Of a stretch of DNA of 36,631 nt, positions 31,990 through 36,631 are shown piece after piece. Origin of the DNA: Macrostomum lignano (taxonomy: Eukaryota); NCBI GenBank assembly GCA_002269645.1, contig NIVC01004734.1, positions 1 through 36,631 on the forward strand. Reading direction: 5' to 3'. Positions within the stretch are counted from its first letter, which is position 1. Every line of letters starts with the position of its first letter. The notes beneath the pieces are model-generated. The model worked only from the letters and a program-made list of their open reading frames with translations. It was not told the origin of the DNA and searched no databases. Position numbers and translations under genes: made by a program.

Positions 31990-32386
31990 TGATCAGCTGA
32001 AATCCCCGACAGGGAGGGGTGGGAAAATACAGACATGACAGCCCATTCTCAGGCGTTTAGATAGCACTTTGGAATGGATAGCAGGCAGTGAGCATCGTTG
32101 CGTAGCTTTTAGCCAAATAAAGAAGCTTGTGCCTTCGATACACTCACCGAATTCTATAAATAGAGCCTGGACAAAAGCAATCGTCTGCAGCCCAACCGTC
32201 TATGGGCACCTGGCCCCCTCTTTTCTCTATTATAACTAACTTCTACTCACGTGTATCAAGACTAAACCACAACTCTATAAGGCCAAGGTTTATATACATT
32301 TTTGTTATTAGACAGACTAGCATTGCAGCTGATGAATCCGGACAACTCAAGCAATTCTTGAAGCATTCAGCTCTCAAAGCTCGAGT

Positions 32387-33678
32387 ATGTCCACAGGACG
32401 AGGCCGCTTGGCCAGCGGCTACAGCCGAGCGCGTCGCCGATTTTGCTCGCGTCGAGAGTCATTGGAAGACTTCTCAGTGCAGTCGTACAATGCGACGACG
32501 CCCAGCAAGACGACTGCCACTCAGCCTGCGGTGGCCGCGGCTGGTCAGTTCGGCAACCTGGGCGGTCCCTACCTGCAGCAGGTGATGCCCGGCCTGCACT
32601 TGGGCCTCTCATGGCGCCAGATGTTCTTCAGCTTGTTCTTTGTCTCCATAGCACACGGAGTATTGGCTTATTTTGCATTCATTAGCTGGCTGGGCACCAC
32701 GGAAGTGCTGGTCTCCTACACCAGCTGTGCGAAGCTGTCGTATCCGAATCAAACTGCCCAGGAATGCGAGGTGACCTTCAACCTGCCGGCTCAGATTGAC
32801 GGTCAGGCGTACGTGTACTTTCGCCTGTGCAATTTCCATTTAAACCATCGTCACGTGTACTCCTCGTGGAGCATGCCCCAGCTGCTCGGTAAGAAGCCGA
32901 ACAATATCAAATACTCCTGCAAGAAGTTCACTTATCGCGACGAAAAGCTCGTGCTGCCGTGCGGTGCGCTGCCCAATGCCATCTTCAACGACACTGTTAA
33001 CGTCACGGGACCGCTGAACTGTGAGTACGCAGGCAGTCAAACCTTGCACAGTTAAAACTCATTCAGAACTGACCTTGTAGAGATGCACTTAGACATTGTA
33101 CAGTCTTACTCAACAAGCACCATTCCCAAAGCTCGAAATCCTCATTTGAACTGCAAATACGCCAACTGCCCTCTAAAAAACCTCTCAGCGGACACCAAAA
33201 ACGCGACAACAATTCCCCTGTCAAGCAGCAACCTCAGCTGGCCGAGTCACACGGCTGGCCTGCACAAGGCCCTGCCGGCCAAGCTGCTGGAGAACACCGT
33301 CAAGCCCATGAACTGGCCCGAGCCGGCCGCGATTCGGTACAAGCGTCCGTTTGAAAACGCGGACGATTTATGGGTCTGGCTGGTTACGCCAGCCTTCCCC
33401 TGCTTTCGCAAACTCATTCATTGGGTGGATTCCAATGAAAGCCTGTCAGCTGGAAAGTACAAAATGTCCATCGGCTATCACTACCAGTGGCCGGGTTCGG
33501 CGGCACGAAGAGCTTCGTCGTGGCTGGCAAGTCGCTGCTTGGCGGAAAGAACCTGGCGCTGGCTGTACTGCCGTCGGCTGTCAGCGCCGTCTACTTCCTG
33601 CTGAGCTTGTCAACTCTGATCGAGTGCTACTGCAGACTGCGGAAGAGGGCCATTGCGCTGGGCATTGTGGTTGACTAG
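32387..33678 (+). CDS. CDC50/TMEM30 family P4-ATPase flippase beta-subunit, divergent, with a one-base frameshift at ~33484
   Basis: Exons 32387..33020 and 33189..33678 (GTGAGT...CTCTCAG, phase 1). Motifs YVYFRLCNFHLNHR, LPCGALPNAIFNDT, KPMNWP, LWVWLVTPAFPCFRKL, and after the shift VAGFGGTKSF...LLGGKNLAL plus TM2. Adding one C gives ~374 aa. Confidence 0.9.
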
Positions 33679-33825
33679 TCCAGGGGGTCTGGGCTGTTCA
33701 GGGGAATTCTCTAGGCTGATTTCTTGCTTTATTTAAGTTAACCGATTAACGAGCGTATCATATGGGTAGCCTGTTTTACGAGCAGAAAAGACAGGGCCCT
33801 TGTAGAGTGCTTCTAGATACTAGAG

Positions 33826-34243
33826 GCAGACAGTGGAGCTACCAGGATCAGACAGTGGAGCTACCAGGATCAGACAGTGGAGCTACCAGGAGCAGACAGT
33901 GGAGCTATCAGGAGCAGACAGTGGAGCTACCAGGAGCAGACAGTGGAGCTATCAGGAGCAGACAGTGGAGCTACCAGGATCAGACAGTGGAGCTACCAGG
34001 ATCAGACAGTGGAGCTACCAGGATCAGACAGTGGAGCTACCAGGAGCAGACAGTGGAGCTATCAGGAGCAGACAGTGGAGCTACCAGGAGCAGACAGTGG
34101 AGCTAGCAGGAGCAGACAGTGGAGCTACCAGGATCATACAGTTGAGCTACCAGGAGCAGGTGGAGCTAGCAGGAGCAGACAGTGGAGCTACCAGGATCAG
34201 ACAGTTGAGCTACCAGGAGCAGGTGGAGCTAGCAGGAGCAGAC
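33826..34243. repeat. 21-bp minisatellite (CAGACAGTGGAGCTACCAGGA[T/G])
   Basis: About 20 units downstream of the CDC50 stop. Confidence 0.96.
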
Positions 34244-35974
34244 TAAGGGGAGACAGCAACAATGGAACAACCCATTACTATTGGCTGCTCTGATGTTGTA
34301 GTTCATAGCTAATATTGGCTTTAGATAGGGTAGTCAACACAGGAGTCACTTTCAATTCTTCCATAGAACTGAGCTTGCCAATGCAGTCCAATGTTGCTCC
34401 TCTAGCAGATAGTTGGTGATTAATTTGCTCATGCTATATTCCCAATAATATATAATTTGCTCTGAAAGGCAAGCTTATTGCTAACAATTAGTTTGTTGTA
34501 CCAAGAAATGTGCATGTATAAAAAGTACAAAAAGCTCCAAAATACAACTTTATGTCAAATATATCTTATATGCATGTATATTCATGCATTTAAACTAAAT
34601 TATCTCAATTAAAGGAGCCAATGAACATATGTGATCAAAGGTGCATAATATACTCCTATTTATGCCTACTTGAAGAAAAATATTACTGATAAAATATGAT
34701 AAAAAATAGTATGATAAAATTGCATTGCATAATATGATAAAAAATAATACTGAATAAAAAATATTGAAGCTTCTTGCAGCTTGTGAGCAGTATAAACAAA
34801 AAACTAAAGAAATTCTTAAATTATGTAATTATTGTATAAATTCCTACTGAGCACTATGGCATGGTTAGGAAGATAGTTTAACTCTAATTTAAAACGAGAG
34901 CAATTCAAGACAGGTTTTATAGCTTCAATTAGTTCAAAAAATCTTGGATTCGATTGAATTACAATGTCATTTACTTTATCCATACCATAAATTTAGGTTT
35001 GAATTGATTATGTGCTATTTATGAGTTCATGAAAAGTGTGAATTTATCGCAGACTACACGAAAAGTAAACAATCACTTTTTCTACAAAATCGAAAGCAAA
35101 AGAACAAAATAATGAGGCTGTTGGGAATAGTCTCAAAATACTTTGTCTGCGACAAGACAGCAAAAAAGTGCTAATTTAGAAATCTGTTGGCTAAATTGTT
35201 TCAAACTAGTTAGAAATATAATACAATTTTTACCACATACAATTTTTGTATCTATTAGTTGTCCCATCAAAATTGGCCCAGCAGTTTTGGAGAAGATATC
35301 GAACTGACAAACAAACAAACAAGAATACAGACCTTAGAGATGGTAGTATATTTAGATTTAAGTCGTTGTAGTCTAACAAAGTTAAATTATTAATGTATAG
35401 TAACAGGAACTCATTGTAAAACTATCTTTTACATTGCGTCAAAACTTTTTGAAACTATTTTCAAAGTTTATGTAAGCCAGATAATATAATTACGAAAGCA
35501 TGTTTTAGGGATCGTATAAAAATTTGTTAAAACTGCCTACTTTCAAACCGTCGTATTTACTTTAACCCAGTTTTTGCTATTTTGTAATAGACTAATACTC
35601 TAAAAATATTTTCTGCTAGTGGTCATTCGATTGAATTTATTTATTGCTAAAGCAATGAAAGAAATATACGAATTTTCATTAGTTTTTGTTTGCACTTGGT
35701 AGAAAAATTCCACCCACAGAAGATTTAATGTAATCAATTTTTTCGAAAAAAAACTAACTTTTAGATATTCGAAACACAGAGAACTAATACGAGTAGCATA
35801 CGATAATTCCACACCCTAATTTTTTCATGTAAAATGAATGGGTTGTTTACCGGCACTCTTATCGTACACATGTGCAAATTCACGAGCAATATATTTTTAA
35901 AAGCAAATTTAACCCTCCACCAAAACACGAATTCCCATCACCACCATGAGCCAGCATCAGACGTTGGTGCTGCC

Positions 35975-36440
35975 CATACTACCAACTCCCGAACAGCCAG
36001 CGGTTCCGGCTGCCGGTGCCACACTGCGCGGCAGTTGGCCCTCCTAGCCCAACCAACCTCCACGTGGGGGGGGGGGCGTGGTATAACGCTCCAGAACCAG
36101 CTGGGCCACATGTGTCGCGCACGGCAGACGGATCTTCTCATCCGGCGTGTTGTACAGGATCACGTGGAGCTCCCCGGTATAGTCCGGGTCCACCACACCA
36201 CCCTGCACAGTCAGGCCCCGATTGGCCCAACTTGAGCAGCTCGCGATCCATAGGTGCCTGGCGGCAGGATAACGCAAAGGCCTGTGCGTATATGATGGCA
36301 GTATCACAGCCCTCCACGGTCCAATTTTCACTGGTAGCCAAATCGTACGTCACTGATCCTGCCCCGTGAGCCGCCGCGGCATCGCAGCGCCATGATCCAC
36401 TAGCCACGATGCTCAACGGACTGTCGATCAGGCTCTGGGT
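35975..36440 (-). pseudogene. dut: dUTPase pseudogene (intronless, multiple frameshifts, premature stop)
   Basis: Motifs spread over three frames: GSVTYDL (motif 1), VILPPGTYG, IASCSSWA (motif 2), GGVVDPDYTGELHVILYN (motif 3), VAQLVLER (motif 4). A possible motif 5 (GVGSMGST) lies after an in-frame TAG at 36044..36046. Confidence 0.85.
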
Positions 36441-36631
36441 GTAGTACTCATCGCGGCTGAGGGTTCATAGTTCATTGGATTCTTATCATCTTCTAAAATG
36501 ACTCTACTACTACCCTCATAATCCTCGCCCCAACAAAAAAGCTAAGCCTAGTACTAACCCCCAGTATCATCCTAGAAAACAAAAAATACATCGAGAAAGA
36601 TATATTGCGAGCAAAAAACATAAACAGACAA

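Noticed and set aside
33762-34293. (RQWSYQEQTVELPGADSGAT)n ORFs
   Set aside because: 21-bp array downstream of the CDC50 stop.

Overview
Eukaryotic (animal) genomic DNA with GT-AG introns, GC-rich exons and many tandem repeats. The style suggests a flatworm such as Macrostomum, but that is inference only. I rebuilt six protein-coding genes by hand with phase-consistent splice junctions: the 5' part of an eag-subfamily KCNH K+ channel (minus, runs off the left edge), an 11-exon KIF26/vab-8-like non-motor kinesin (minus, ~979 aa), a small single-pass membrane protein with a poly-Gly tract (minus), an intronless 310-aa orphan with two predicted TM helices (plus), a 5-exon STKLD1-like kinase/ARM-repeat protein (minus, ~661 aa), and a head-to-head CDC50/TMEM30 gene with a one-base frameshift (plus). 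Also present: a decayed Ty3/Gypsy integrase with PPT, a ~630-bp MITE with 55-bp TIRs, a multiply frameshifted dUTPase, and more than 20 unrelated tandem arrays. The most striking pattern is that most long introns hold their own private array pressed against a splice site. One array duplicates a 3' splice site nine times, another duplicates a stop codon eleven times, and one intron is almost pure (TCTA)n. No CRISPR array or rRNA, and no complete tRNA was recognised.
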